A stretch of DNA of 63,931 nt, filler included, from Hausera hauseri (Eukaryota): assembly GCA_046269625.1 (NCBI GenBank). It is 12 parts of 12 records of this genome, joined end to end, with 100 filler letters (N's around TTAATTAATTAA, not from the genome) between each part and the next. Parts side by side here need not be neighbours in the genome. Positions count along the whole stretch, not along the records: positions 1 to 5,585 come from JBJURY010225631.1; positions 5,686 to 10,135 come from JBJURY010575561.1; positions 10,236 to 15,304 come from JBJURY010345713.1; 9 more parts are not named here. One strand, 5' to 3'. Below the pieces are notes generated by a model, which did no database searches, was not told the origin of the DNA, and saw only the letters and a program-made list of their open reading frames with translations. Made by a program: the position numbers and the translations under genes. Shown piece after piece: positions 1-10,654 of the stretch (positions are counted from its first letter, which is position 1; each line of letters starts with the position of its first letter).

Positions 1-151
1 AAAAAGGTCAATTTGGAATTCTGATCGATTTTTTGATTTTTTGATTCAGATTTTTGGGTAATTAAGAGATCCTAACAGACTGCTTATACTAGGCTTGTTT
101 AAAGCTTAAAATTTAGGCTATAACGCCTGACTTCCAGCATCACCAAATTGT

Positions 152-454
152 TTAATGTCTTTTTCTACCACCACCACATTGGTTTTTAACAATTTCTTTC
201 ATTGTGTCAATGGCATGATTCCTTATATTGGGTACTGTACCTAACATAATTTCTTTTAATGCTTCTCTTATGGTTTTCTTGTTAAATGTTGCATCGTTTG
301 CAGCTCTCAACGCAGCTGAACATACACTTTAAGCCACTGGTAAGCCAAATTTGATACCAAACATCAGTGTAAATATACATAATGTCTGCTTCCAATTACC
401 ACCATACTGTCGCCCAACAAAGTATAGTAAATCACCACCATATTGTGGTCTGCT
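152..454 (-). pseudogene. Second Polinton core-protein (PW-like) relic
   Basis: Manual translation gives SRPQYGGDLLYFVGRQYGGNWKQTL...GLPVA*...NKKTIREALK, then a frameshift to IRNHAIDTMKEIVKNQCGGGRKRH*. It aligns along its length with the 2948-3310 protein (NPQQSGELSYFVRKQYVSGWLRTL...AFPVL...KEHAL...KKQFAGSGLRKR). Not in the ORF track. Confidence 0.75.
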
Positions 455-867
455 CTAATTAGGTAAAAGTGACCGTTGTGCTGCACTTCTCTGATTGGTC
501 GGAAAATTATTTTTCCCCACCTGATTGGCTATTCCGAGAATTTCACTAAAATTTTCTCACGACTACCTTCTGGCCGAAAAGGAGTTCGAAAAATGGACTT
601 CGGAACGAGTGATATTGATAGCGTGTGACGAGTTGAGCAAAAGTTATTCGAGGAGCGGCTTACAGAAATATAAGGGAGAGGCGCTAGAATAGGAAGAAGC
701 AAAACAGAAAATGTGCCACGTATAACACAAAACATGTTTCTAGAATCAGAAAATGTGTACAAATGGTAAATCGATGTTGGCGAATCCAACGAACACTGTT
801 GCAATGTTGTCTGACCATGGGAACATGGAGAAAAATCGATGGGGAAATTTCAAAGTGGCAAAATTTC

Positions 868-1172
868 CCCTTGTACAAGGCAAACAGTGCTGGAAATGAG
901 TTGAGCACGTAGCCCATAAATAGTTGATTATTTCTTATTATAGCCACCTCACAATCAGACGATTGTAAGTCGGTGAAAAACGTCGTTGAAAATTGAAACT
1001 CAGCATTGTAAAATGTGTTTAAATCTGGTTTTGCTTAGCCCTTGCACAAGTCAGACTGGGTTGTGCACGTAGCCCACCATTAGTTGAGCATTTCATATTA
1101 AGCCGCCTCACGATTAGACGATTGTAAGTTGGCGACGGGGGTTGCGGCGTTGAAAATCATCATTGTAAAAAG
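868..1172. repeat. Imperfect direct repeat, two units about 170 bp apart (868-1018, 1038-1172), downstream of the Polinton protease
   Basis: cccttg(t/c)acaag...gcacgtagccca...tagttga...cctcac(a/g)at(c/t)agacgattgtaagt...cgttgaaaat...cattgtaaaa occurs twice. Confidence 0.75.
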
Positions 1173-1335
1173 TCAAGTTTTCGGTTTTTGTTTAATACAA
1201 AACGAACGAACTAAAACCGATAATTGGTTATTAAACGGAATTTCACACACATATACACCAAAAGCATTAACCTAACAACAACAAAATAATATATTTCACA
1301 AAACAGAAATCATTTAGTCATTGTTGTTGTTGCTC

Positions 1336-1709
1336 TCATAAAAGTGTTTGTAGCCACAAATAATAGTAATCTCCACATAGTGGAGTCATTGGATACTGAT
1401 AATGAAATCGGTTATATTCAACATGAAGTGATGATTGCCGTTCAAATTGAGAAACTAGCGATGACGAATAATAAAATCCGAACGGATGGAATACTCTGAC
1501 AACGGTCGGATGGACGTACACAGCAATCCAATGTTCTCCCGGCAACAACGAAGTGTGTGTATTAACAATAAAACAGCCTCCACCAGTTTGTCGTAAATCA
1601 TGCGGCACACGGTCCAGTGGAAACACGCCACGAGATTTCGCGCCGACGCGCAGTTTTCCGCAGTGACTGAGCTAAGTAGAACTAAATGTGAAAAACGTGA
1701 TTTAAGCAT
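1336..1709 (-). pseudogene. Adenain-like (C5) cysteine maturation protease
   Basis: RGVFPLD..., FIVNT...PGEHWIAV (catalytic His), FHPFG (normally FD(S/P)FG), Q...LCG (oxyanion Gln, catalytic Cys). The ATG at 1709 is out of frame with the 1336-1626 ORF. Confidence 0.88.
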
Positions 1710-1778
1710 AATAATAATCAAAATAAATTACTTCATAATAAGACGACGACGACGACACAGCGGATTTTATGTATTTTT

Positions 1779-2936
1779 TTATATAATAACGGTTCCGGTT
1801 TTCGTTATTTCAACCTCGGCATCAATTACACCGTAAATGTACATCACGGTAGACTTCTCCAACGCTTTAGCAAAGTGAACCTTCAGTCGTAGGTTTCTCT
1901 GCTGAGGTAGTTGAGTCCGTTCAACGTCATAATCTGGAGTCACGACAAAGGTAAAGAATGAATAGATGGACTTGAACAAATCCATCGATATGCCATTGTT
2001 GACATTTTTGTGCAGCAAACCCATGTTGCGCACGATAGATTGCATATATGTGCAAACATAGTCACCGGTCTCGAAATCCTGCTTGTATGTCTCAACTAAA
2101 TCCGCATTCCGACCCCAACTTATGTAATGCACATTGCTATAGGTAAACGTTTCCGAATCTGTGGTATAACTGCGCGTTTGTTGAACAGTCGTTTGAAATG
2201 TACCAAGCACAAAGTTCGGCAATCGCATGTCGCCAAACAACGCATCTTTGCAAAACGTAGTTGATCCTTTGGATATGGTGTAAAAGACGAGTTCTGTGCG
2301 TTGTAATGGGTAACAGGCATTTTGTGCTTCCAAGCCCAATCGATGTCAGATGAGCATACATGGTTCTACCTTTACACGACGTACGTATAATCGTGCCTCG
2401 GAAATTTTCAGTATGGGTTTGAGATTTGCAACGGCGGTTTTCAAACAAAAGACATTTTCGCTGCGTTTGAGCCGAATCATATCTTTAACATCGGGAAGTA
2501 AGTATTTCGGCTGATCGAAAAAGTCAAAGTACAGCGGTCCACACATTGCAAGGGCTTTTGATTCTGCCACCCATGCCTGACGGTTTGCTGCAGTGGTGGC
2601 ATATCCGATGGTTTTTGTCAAATGAGTCGTCAGAGCCATTTCAATGAATGCTTTGGTACTGTATAAACTGGTGTTGCCTTCAATTTTGACGCTGTTTATA
2701 GTCAGTGAAGGCTCCTGGAACATTGTGAGGTAATTGGCCGGTGTGACAGTGTCAAGTAGGGTATCGTTCAAATCGAGATATTCATTGGTCGATGCCATAA
2801 TGATAAATTAAATGTCAATGTTATCGTCCGTTGAAACCGAATCAACGGGGCAGATTTCTTCAAATGCTGCATTGTCAATAATAACTTATGGCGCGCCTTT
2901 GTAAAATATACACAACTCAGATTTTGCAGGTGCCAT
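1779..2936 (-). pseudogene. Polinton major capsid protein (double jelly-roll, hexon-like)
   Basis: One frame from ATG 2936: MAPAKSELCIF...EEICPVDS...DI*FII...EYLDLNDT..GPLYFDFFDQPKYLLPDV..ARLYVRRVKV..*HRL..YPLQRTE..LPNFVL..NLRLKVHFAKAL. Three in-frame stops; joins ORFs 2346-2798 and 1779-2339. Confidence 0.92.
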
Positions 2937-2947
2937 TTGACTGTCAA

Positions 2948-3310
2948 TCAACCAAAAATCATACGACGACGACGTCTGTTTATAGTTGAAAAGCTAGCTG
3001 ATCTACCAAGTTCACGTTTTCTCAAGCCACTCCCAGCGAATTGTTTTTTGACAGATTCAACGACTCCCGATGCATTGCTTTTTATTTCGGTCAAAGCGTG
3101 TTCCTTCAATGATGGTAAAATCGATTTGTTTTTATATAGTACATTCTGTGCTATTTTTTCTCCCACGGTTCCAATACGCTTCAACACTGGAAATGCTAAG
3201 CGCACCAATGTACGCAGCCATCCAGAAACATACTGTTTGCGGACGAAATACGACAGTTCACCGCTTTGTTGGGGATTACTGTAAATGGAAACGATTTCAG
3301 AATCAATCAT
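2948..3310 (-). CDS. Polinton PW-like basic core/DNA-packaging protein
   Basis: Lies between minor and major capsid genes. QxG/GSG protease-site-like motifs, amphipathic WLRTLVRLAFPVLK and an Arg-rich tail ending IFG. Confidence 0.8.
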   Translation of the reverse strand: MIDSEIVSIYSNPQQSGELSYFVRKQYVSGWLRTLVRLAFPVLKRIGTVGEKIAQNVLYKNKSILPSLKEHALTEIKSNASGVVESVKKQFAGSGLRKRELGRSASFSTINRRRRRMIFG

Positions 3311-3311
3311 T

Positions 3312-4199
3312 TTAGATTCGACGCATATAAAGAGTTAGACTGGTTATGGTACCGTACGGAAATTCAATAAGGTAACCCGCATCACATCGGATATTCATTT
3401 CAACATTGTTTATAGATGTAGATGCCACAGGTAGGTAAATTGGATTATCGAGCTTGACAGTGACATTGTCGCCAGTAGTGTACTTGCTGCTTTCCGGATA
3501 AATTGCAGGGAGTAGCAGTACACGTACTCCACCGACCAAAATTGGTTCGGTATCGTTCACGTAAATGTACATTTGACTTAGCCCAGTTTTCAGTTTGGGT
3601 TTAAGTGTTGCAACATGTACCGCCGCCGCCGTCGACGCCTCAAACCGCTGTTTTTCAAAACCCAATACCATGGCCAAAGCTTTGTCAAATGAAATATCCA
3701 CAATATCCTTAGACAGTTCAAATTTAATGTACCCATTTGCATCTGACTCGAAAACTTGAAATATTTCCTTGCATTTAAAGAAAAGTGTTGACAGAGATGT
3801 GCTACAGATTCGCAATAGACATTGTCTTCAATCGATACGTATGACGTTGACACCCTTTGGGCTGTATAGGTAAATTTCACCGTTGTCTGGTAATATACGG
3901 GACTTAATCAAAGAGCAACTGCATATTCACTTTTAATATCTTTACCTTGTACTCTGTATTGTGATTCCAAATTTCTGCGCCATATCAGAGTACCCAAAGG
4001 TGACAGTAAATTGAAAATCTGCCATAAAATGTAAGTTTTCTCCTAAAACAAAAACACTTATCTTGCCGTATAAACCGTAATTTGTACTGTTCGTGCAAAT
4101 GGCCGATTCTCCAACTGTTATTTTATTGTCAGTAAGTGTCAGAGGACAAGAATGTGTTTCTGTTTCAGTAACAGACTTGTTGTACTTTATTTTTTATTA
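3312..4199 (-). pseudogene. Polinton minor capsid (penton) paralogue 2
   Basis: C-terminal signature MYIYVNDTEPILVGG..LL...NPIYLPV..INNVEMNIRCDAG.LIEF..G...LTLYMRR. Frameshifted N-terminus (PLTL..NSWRIG) near 4100-4150. Confidence 0.8.
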
Positions 4200-5238
4200 T
4201 CAACAACGACGACGACGAAAATGTAGCATCAAATGTATCTTGGCTCTGAACAGAAATTTAATGGGTTTCCAAAATTCGTCTACTATATGCACGGAAATAC
4301 TGTGTACGACATTGTGAGACAACGATAAATACATGGGCCGGATGATATTTACATGAGCAGTTTGACCCGGTGTTATGTACGTTTCCGAATTCAGTCCAAT
4401 AGAAGCCAATAGTTGTTTACGATCTCCGCCAACATATACGGGTTCGGTTAGATCCGTTAAAATATTGAATCGATAAAATTCTTTGTAGAAACGTGGTTTG
4501 TGTTTAGAAATAATGGGCCGTCTGCCGCCGGTTTGACCGAATTCTCGTTTCTTAAAATCCAGATTCCATGCCAATATTTTACGAAAGGCAAAATATGTAA
4601 CATTATCATGTAGTGTAAACGAAATACGACCATCAGAGTTTAATTCAAATGTCTTGAGAGCCAATTTAGTTACAAATGTGATGGTTGCGCACAATTCTGT
4701 TTTTGTTTCCATAAGAAAACCATTTACATTTGTATGAGAGTAAAAGAATGATTCAGTCTTTTGCCAGTTCACTGTAATATCGGTAGTTTTCACGGCGTTT
4801 TTGGAAAATTTCAATATTTCACTAATTATACGATGTCCACCGAGCTGAAAACCCCATGCCTGAGCGTCGGCTAATGATTTAAATTGCAATTCAATCAGAT
4901 GTTTGTGTTTTAGCACCAATCTATTGTTTAAATGACAAATATAAACCGGGAAATATTGCCGCTTGTAAGTGCGAACGTGAAATGTTCCATTAGTCTCGGA
5001 CTAACTGCAAACGACTAGATTCAGGAGATTACCTTAGTAGAGTATAGCATATTCCATTGTTCTCACGTATTGTTATTGGTGAAAATGTAACTGTGAATTT
5101 CGTTAAGGCTACTTCCCAGGCTCCATGGCGTAAGTCGAGCGGCTGGTCCAACGTCATGATAAACCGTTTAGCGGTATTGTTGTTGTTGTTGTCATGTTCT
5201 AATAATATGTTACTATTAAGTACCAAATAAATGCTCAT
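4200..5238 (-). pseudogene. Polinton minor capsid (penton) paralogue 1
   Basis: N-terminus MSIYLVLNSN...NTAKRF..TLDQPLDL..AWEVALT (5029-5238). C-terminus NILTDLTEPVYVGG..QLL..PMYLSL...ISVHIVDE..PIKF...LMLHFRR (4200-4919). Disrupted between the two. Confidence 0.88.
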
Positions 5239-5585
5239 CACTCAATCTGCGATGCAAAAATTCAACTCGGTGTAATGTATCCGTGCCACTTGATTAGATA
5301 TTGTTTATTCGAACCTTTGACATGCGGACGTAGAATTTCCTGAATACGATATACATCGGGTTTCTGTGGCAGTACCTGCAGTTCCTGTTCGTAGAATTTA
5401 CCGCGTATTTCGTCACCGTTTTCATCCTCTAAAACGTACATGACAGGTGTTTGTTTTGTGTTGATTTCTGAAATGCGGAAAACCTCGTCGCTCCAGTTCT
5501 GAGTGAAATTCTTAATGAATGGTGTCGTACTTATTTTCGAAATACGTCCATAAGCAACGATTTTATATTTCGGGCGTTTAATTGC
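5238..5585 (-). pseudogene. Polinton retroviral-like integrase, C-terminal part with chromodomain
   Basis: Manual translation: PKYKI...RISK..PFIKNFTQNWSDEVFRI...TPVMYVLEDENGDEIRGKFYEQELQ...VYRIQEIL...QYLIKWHGY..PS*I. Not in the ORF track. Confidence 0.9.
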
Positions 5586-5685
5586 NNNNNNNNNNNNNNN
5601 NNNNNNNNNNNNNNNNNNNNNNNNNNNNNTTAATTAATTAANNNNNNNNNNNNNNNNNNNNNNNNNNNNNNNNNNNNNNNNNNNN
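5586..5685. other. Artificial contig linker (44 N + TTAATTAATTAA + 44 N). Identical linkers at 10136-10235, 15305-15404, 20772-20871, 24855-24954, 29078-29177, 39913-40012, 45595-45694, 49859-49958, 54197-54296, 59749-59848
   Basis: Exact 100-nt structure repeated 11 times. The 12-mer has stops in all six frames, and flanking sequences are unrelated. Confidence 0.98.
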
Positions 5686-5757
5686 CTTATTAAACCTATA
5701 TATAACATACAATCATTATTAAAACTAAATAACACAAACTAATAAACATTTATTCCA

Positions 5758-5992
5758 AACTAAATATTTTGTACATTAGCATTGATTCTACATGCTCTAC
5801 GCACTGTAAATCTCCCTCTCCGTTGTAAATGGAGAAATATAAACTAATTCTACCACACTGCGGACACTGAGTTTTGTTGTATCCACTGGCTTATGCACGG
5901 CAGGCAATATATGTGGGTACATCTGACTGGTCTGGCATGTGTAAAACGTATATTATCCTGACACAGAAGTCACACTGAAACAAACTGTACAT
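5758..5992 (-). pseudogene. RING-finger (C3HC4) gene relic, divergent from pPolB
   Basis: MYSLFQCDFC... / RPVRCTHIYCLPCISQWIQQ / TQCPQCGR...IYNGEG across two frameshifts. Resembles the RING at 47128-47598. Confidence 0.7.
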
Positions 5993-6220
5993 TGTTTAAT
6001 AATGCAACATATTGCAAATTTATATACTTTTAAATCCTGTAATTTTATTGGCTGAAATTTACTATTAATAAAGTATTATATTTTACAAAAGTGACAAATT
6101 ATTTCAAGTGAAAAAAATTGTATATTTTCTTTTTTTTTCTCTTTTTATGTCTTATTCTAGAATTGCCAATACAACTATTGCACCAGTCAAATAAACTCGC
6201 CGGACAATTGTGATGAAACA

Positions 6221-8900
6221 ATGGCCAAGTACTATGGCGTTCAATTGGACAAATAACAGTTTTTAATCTGCCTACAATGTGAGGTGATTTGTGGAGTACA
6301 ATTCCTAGAATTCAAGCATCGCCATCAAAATCACTTATCCTATTTCAAAAAATCAAAAAAGGTATTCTTAAAGGCCATATAAATATGATTAAAAGGCTAA
6401 ACAATTTGTTGCAGATCAGCAAGCAACAACATATATCTATCAAAAACCAACTACATCTACGAAAAAACAAGAAGTTAAACGGACAAAAAGCCGGATCACA
6501 ATGAAAATAAGAACCGTAAACTTGATGAACAGATAAAAAAGCCTGTACAGAAAATAAGACTCGATGTACAATCTGTTGTTGGTAATAATTATGTAAAGCT
6601 TTGTTTTGATGTTGCGCCTGACCAACTCATTTTTCTTAGATCACCCGAAGAAATTGTATTTATTTTACAGTTGTATGCTTCTCGATTTCCATCTTGTAAA
6701 ATTCAGTGCGGTCTTCAGATTCTATTTGAGAATACCGAAGGTGACTTTAAGGTGGCATATATTTCCCATAGAGCTGTACCATATGAGCAGTGTTATCCTG
6801 ATTTTGTAGCTGATAGTTTACGGGATAAAATTGAGAATTTTGCTGAAATGGGTAGTGGGTGAAAGGTGGTTAAAATATTGAAATACTCTTTTCATACAGT
6901 CAAAACTAGCCCACTACCCTACTTGTCTGGTAAGTCCTATATTCCAACTCCTGGAGCTTTAAAAAATGCTGCGGCTGTTTTAAACGTACAAAACGAGGAA
7001 ACTTTGTGTTTATTATATTCTATCCTGGCAGTGACCAAATATTCTCTCTTTGATTATCATAGGAATAGAGTAAGCAATTACATTCCTTATTTAAGTGAGC
7101 TGAAATATTCTGTGGATGACATGCCAATGAAAATATGCAATATAGGTAAATTTGAGAGGCAGAATCCACACTTGTCAATTAATGTTTTTCTGTTTCACGA
7201 TGAGGAAGATGTGGATTTTGATGAGGAGATAGTAAAAAATCCATTCGTCGATATTTTGTACCGCAGCAAAACTCCGAATGGTACTGTTGTTAACTTGCTG
7301 ATTCTGGAGAATGATGATCACTTTCCCTATGTTGCCGTACCCAATCTTAATAGACTGTTGAATATTAACAATAAGAAAATCCGTATTCAATGTAAACATT
7401 GGTGTGAAAAATGTTTACATAGGTTTAGGTATGATACGGGATATTTTAAGCATTTGCCTATGTGCAATTCGTCTGCCAAGTGCATGTCATTGCACAAAAT
7501 GCCCGAAAATAAGTTTTGAGTTTAAGGACGGGGCCAAATCTATAAGTCTGCCTTTCGTAGTATATGCTGACTTTGAATCTGTTCTATGTCCTGACGATAA
7601 AGTCAGGCATATTTGCCTGCTGCAGCCGGTCTCTTGTTAGTTTCACCAACAAGTATTGGATATAGGCAATGTGTAGGTGAAAATTCCATAGTTGAGTTTC
7701 TGGCCTGTTTAGCGGAAATTATTAAAAGATTATTTTTCCCATGGTATGGAAATGCGAAAAAACAGATGATCCCGGTAACACCTGCTGAATGGTTTCAGTT
7801 TATAAACGCCACAACATTTTACTTATGCCATGTAAGGGGCACTACATCTGTTATGGGTCACTGCCATGTTACAGGTAAATACTTAGGCCCAGTTTGTAAT
7901 CAGTGTAACTTGGCTCGTACGATTAGGGATAATTTACTTCATATTTTTTATAATTTGCGTGTATATGATCTTCATCATCTGAAAAGACGCATTAAGTCGG
8001 AAGTTGGGAATTAAGCGTGATTCCGCAAACAACTGAAAAGTTTCTAACAATGCAGGCAATGATTCTCTGCTCAGCAAAAAAGTCTGTATCTATTCGATTT
8101 CTCGACTAGTTGCAGTTTCTACCAGCTTCACTGAAGACTTTGGCTTTTAACTTATATAGTTACACATTTACTGAGTCGGCTTTTCATTCTGATATTAAGG
8201 GAAAAGGTATTTTTCCATATACTGCAGCCAAATCTTTCAGTGATTTGCAGTCTATTAAGGAGTTGCCACCGAAATGGGATGGAGTTAGTGATACCGATTA
8301 TGAGGAAGTTCAAATGACTTGGGTGAAATACAGTTGTAGCTGTCTTTTAGATTATATGTTGGTATACACGAAGCTCGACGTATACTTGTTAGGTGATGTT
8401 TTTGAACGGTTTAGAAAAGAGGTTAAGATGCAGGATGGTTTAGAAGCCGTAAATTTCCGGGTTTATCTTCGAAAACTGCACTGAAAACGAGCCAGTGTCA
8501 CGTTGAACTTATTCAAGACCCTGAGATGTATAATTTCTTTCAGTCGGGTATTCTCGGTGGCATGACTTTTGTAACTAAGCATAGGGTTGTGTCTGATGAA
8601 AGCACTAGTCTATTGTATATAGATGTAAATAATTTGTACTGCTGGGCTTTATCGCAACCACTGCCATTTGCGAATTTAGTATGAATATATGATGAGAATA
8701 AGTTAAACAGTCTAATTGAAAATTGCCCCATATTGACTGTGTTAGGGAAAAACGAGGCTTAGTCTTTGAAATCGACTTAAGCATTCCGGGTGACAAACAT
8801 GATAAGTTGGACTAATTGCTTTTAGCTCTAATTAATAAATGTCCTCCTGGTTCAAAAATTAAGAAATTGCTGCTTACACATGAGCGTAAGTCCAACTATG
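6221..8900 (+). pseudogene. Polinton protein-primed DNA polymerase B, lineage A (N-terminus to mid-polymerase domain)
   Basis: MAKYYG.., GSG*K, GKSYIPTP..LNVQN, VVYADFES (Exo I), endonuclease-VII-like GHCHVTGKYLGPVCNQCN, YNLRVYD, KGIFPY, YTKLDVYLL.DVFE.FR, YIDVNNLY, ending KLLLTHERKSNY. Many stops and frameshifts. Confidence 0.92.
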
Positions 8901-9418
8901 AGGTGCTGCGCCTAGATCCCTGAATAGATATGGTTCACTGTCCAGTCCTTTGCCATATATGCAATATGATGAGAGTTCATGATATTGGTATGCCGTTGTG
9001 CTGCTGTGCTGGGGATTAGGACTGCAACTCTGAACGGGACGCGGAATAGCCTCAAAGTCGCAATAGATAACTATTGGGACCTTGAGTTTCTTCTTGAACT
9101 CCTTGAATTCAATGTAGTCCTCATTGGGGAAATCTGGCCTGATACAATAATTGTTGCTGCAGTACATCTTGTGCTCTTTCAGCTTTAATACAGCTACATC
9201 GCCGCTGAAATTGGACATGCATAGTTTACATATTTCTATTTGTCCATGATGTTTCGTAATTTGTGACCTGACTAGCCGCTCAGTGTTTGATCCAAACATA
9301 ATGTTTCTTTTCTCCATCGTCTAGTAGCAGATCCCTATGGTCTTGCAATTCAGTGTCACATCTTTAGGGGATAGAATTTGTTCTCATCCAATCCCAAGAT
9401 ATTGATTCATATATTGTT
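8898..9418 (-). pseudogene. Inverted fragment of lineage B pPolB
   Basis: ERLVRSQITKHHGQIEICK..KVPIVIYCDFEA..SEPYLFR; closely similar to the 43670-44200 and 62700-63240 copies. Confidence 0.9.
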
Positions 9419-9619
9419 GTCAACATGTTGCATTTGTATTGCCAACATGCTGCATTTGTACATTTGTTTTAATGCATCAATTTCATGAACTTACCACGTA
9501 ATTTGATTGATTTAAGCAAAAACTTGCTCACATACGCACATGAATCCGTCATTATGCTACTTGTATTGTTATCGTATTGCATATGTATTATCAACGTGTT
9601 GCATTTGTCNNNNNNNNNN

Positions 9620-10060
9620 ATTTTCGAGTATTAAATTATTAGAATATTCGACTTGTTAACCGATATTCGAACTTTTGACGTCATAATCAGACTCCCCATT
9701 CATGATTTTCTATCTACCTACTCTTAAAGATTTGTCGATTTTTACACCCCTTGTCTTGAAAATCAAGTTAATTAAACCACACACATGTGAATTTTTCAAT
9801 GTTAGTTTACTCGGTAAGGATTCATCGAACGTGGTCCACTTTATTTTTATCCAAGGTTTTCACAGATGTAGAAGCGATTAAAACCATCAGATTCTTCGAA
9901 TATTGCGTGACTGATCGATTATTCGAGTTCTAATCGATAATTATTCGATTTTGAATAATGTATTCGAATATCTAACACCAGAATCGGATTTTCCACATAT
10001 GCTTTCCTATCTGTGTGCGCTTAAAGATTTATCGATTGTTGCACCCTTCTCTTTCAATTT
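9620..10060. repeat. TCGA/TTCGAA-rich dispersed repeat with internal duplication; homologous in inverted orientation to about 40880-41045
   Basis: The reverse complement of 9885-9930 (gaactcgaataatcgatcagtcacgcaatattcgaagaatctgatg) matches 40996-41041. cttaaagattt(g/a)tcgatt occurs at about 9723 and 10020. Confidence 0.65.
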
Positions 10061-10654
10061 CACCTTTTAAGATTACCCAATTAATTAACAAATAAGCACC
10101 GTTGAAGTACATAATATGTATTACACAATATTTACNNNNNNNNNNNNNNNNNNNNNNNNNNNNNNNNNNNNNNNNNNNNTTAATTAATTAANNNNNNNNN
10201 NNNNNNNNNNNNNNNNNNNNNNNNNNNNNNNNNNNCCGTTCCGTTCGGCTAGTCATCGGCCGAACCTTACGGAACCGTTGTCCGTTGGTTCATAACGCTT
10301 CCGCCGTCGTCAGAAACCATATGCCGATCCTCCGCCACTTTTTCCCCATCCCACCACGGGGCTTCCTTTCATCTGACGGACTTCGCACCTTTACCGCTCA
10401 ATGCACTATGCCCGCCCCATCATTTCTATGTGCCACACATGACCGTACACCATTTCTTTCTAACATACGCTTTTTCTCGTGCACTTTCCCTACTTCCGGG
10501 GTGCACCGTGCACCGTTCACCGTGCGTTTTTCGAAATCCTCTTCACCGAATCTACCAAGCCAGTACCTTTCTGCGCATCAGTCACGCTTTGTTCTGCTAC
10601 GGGAGGGGTACCCCGGGGGGTGGCGCGGGATCTGCATTTTTCCCCTACTTTCCA

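Larger units (their letters stand above)
1336..5585 (-). mobile_element. Polinton/Maverick (adintovirus-like) morphogenesis module, decayed, truncated by contig end
   Basis: Tightly packed co-oriented genes in the canonical Maverick order INT - minor capsid - PW - major capsid - protease, with in-frame stops and frameshifts. Confidence 0.93.

Noticed and set aside
529-947. ORFs 529-804 and 684-947
   Set aside because: No recognisable motifs; they lie in a repeat-containing non-coding Polinton flank.
5586-5685. Regularly recurring TTAATTAATTAA as a biological repeat, CRISPR-like array or piggyBac TTAA site
   Set aside because: Always embedded in exactly 44+44 N; an assembly linker.
1336-8900. 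Single complete Polinton spanning the capsid module and the adjacent pPolB
   Set aside because: Separated by an artificial linker, so linkage is unsupported.
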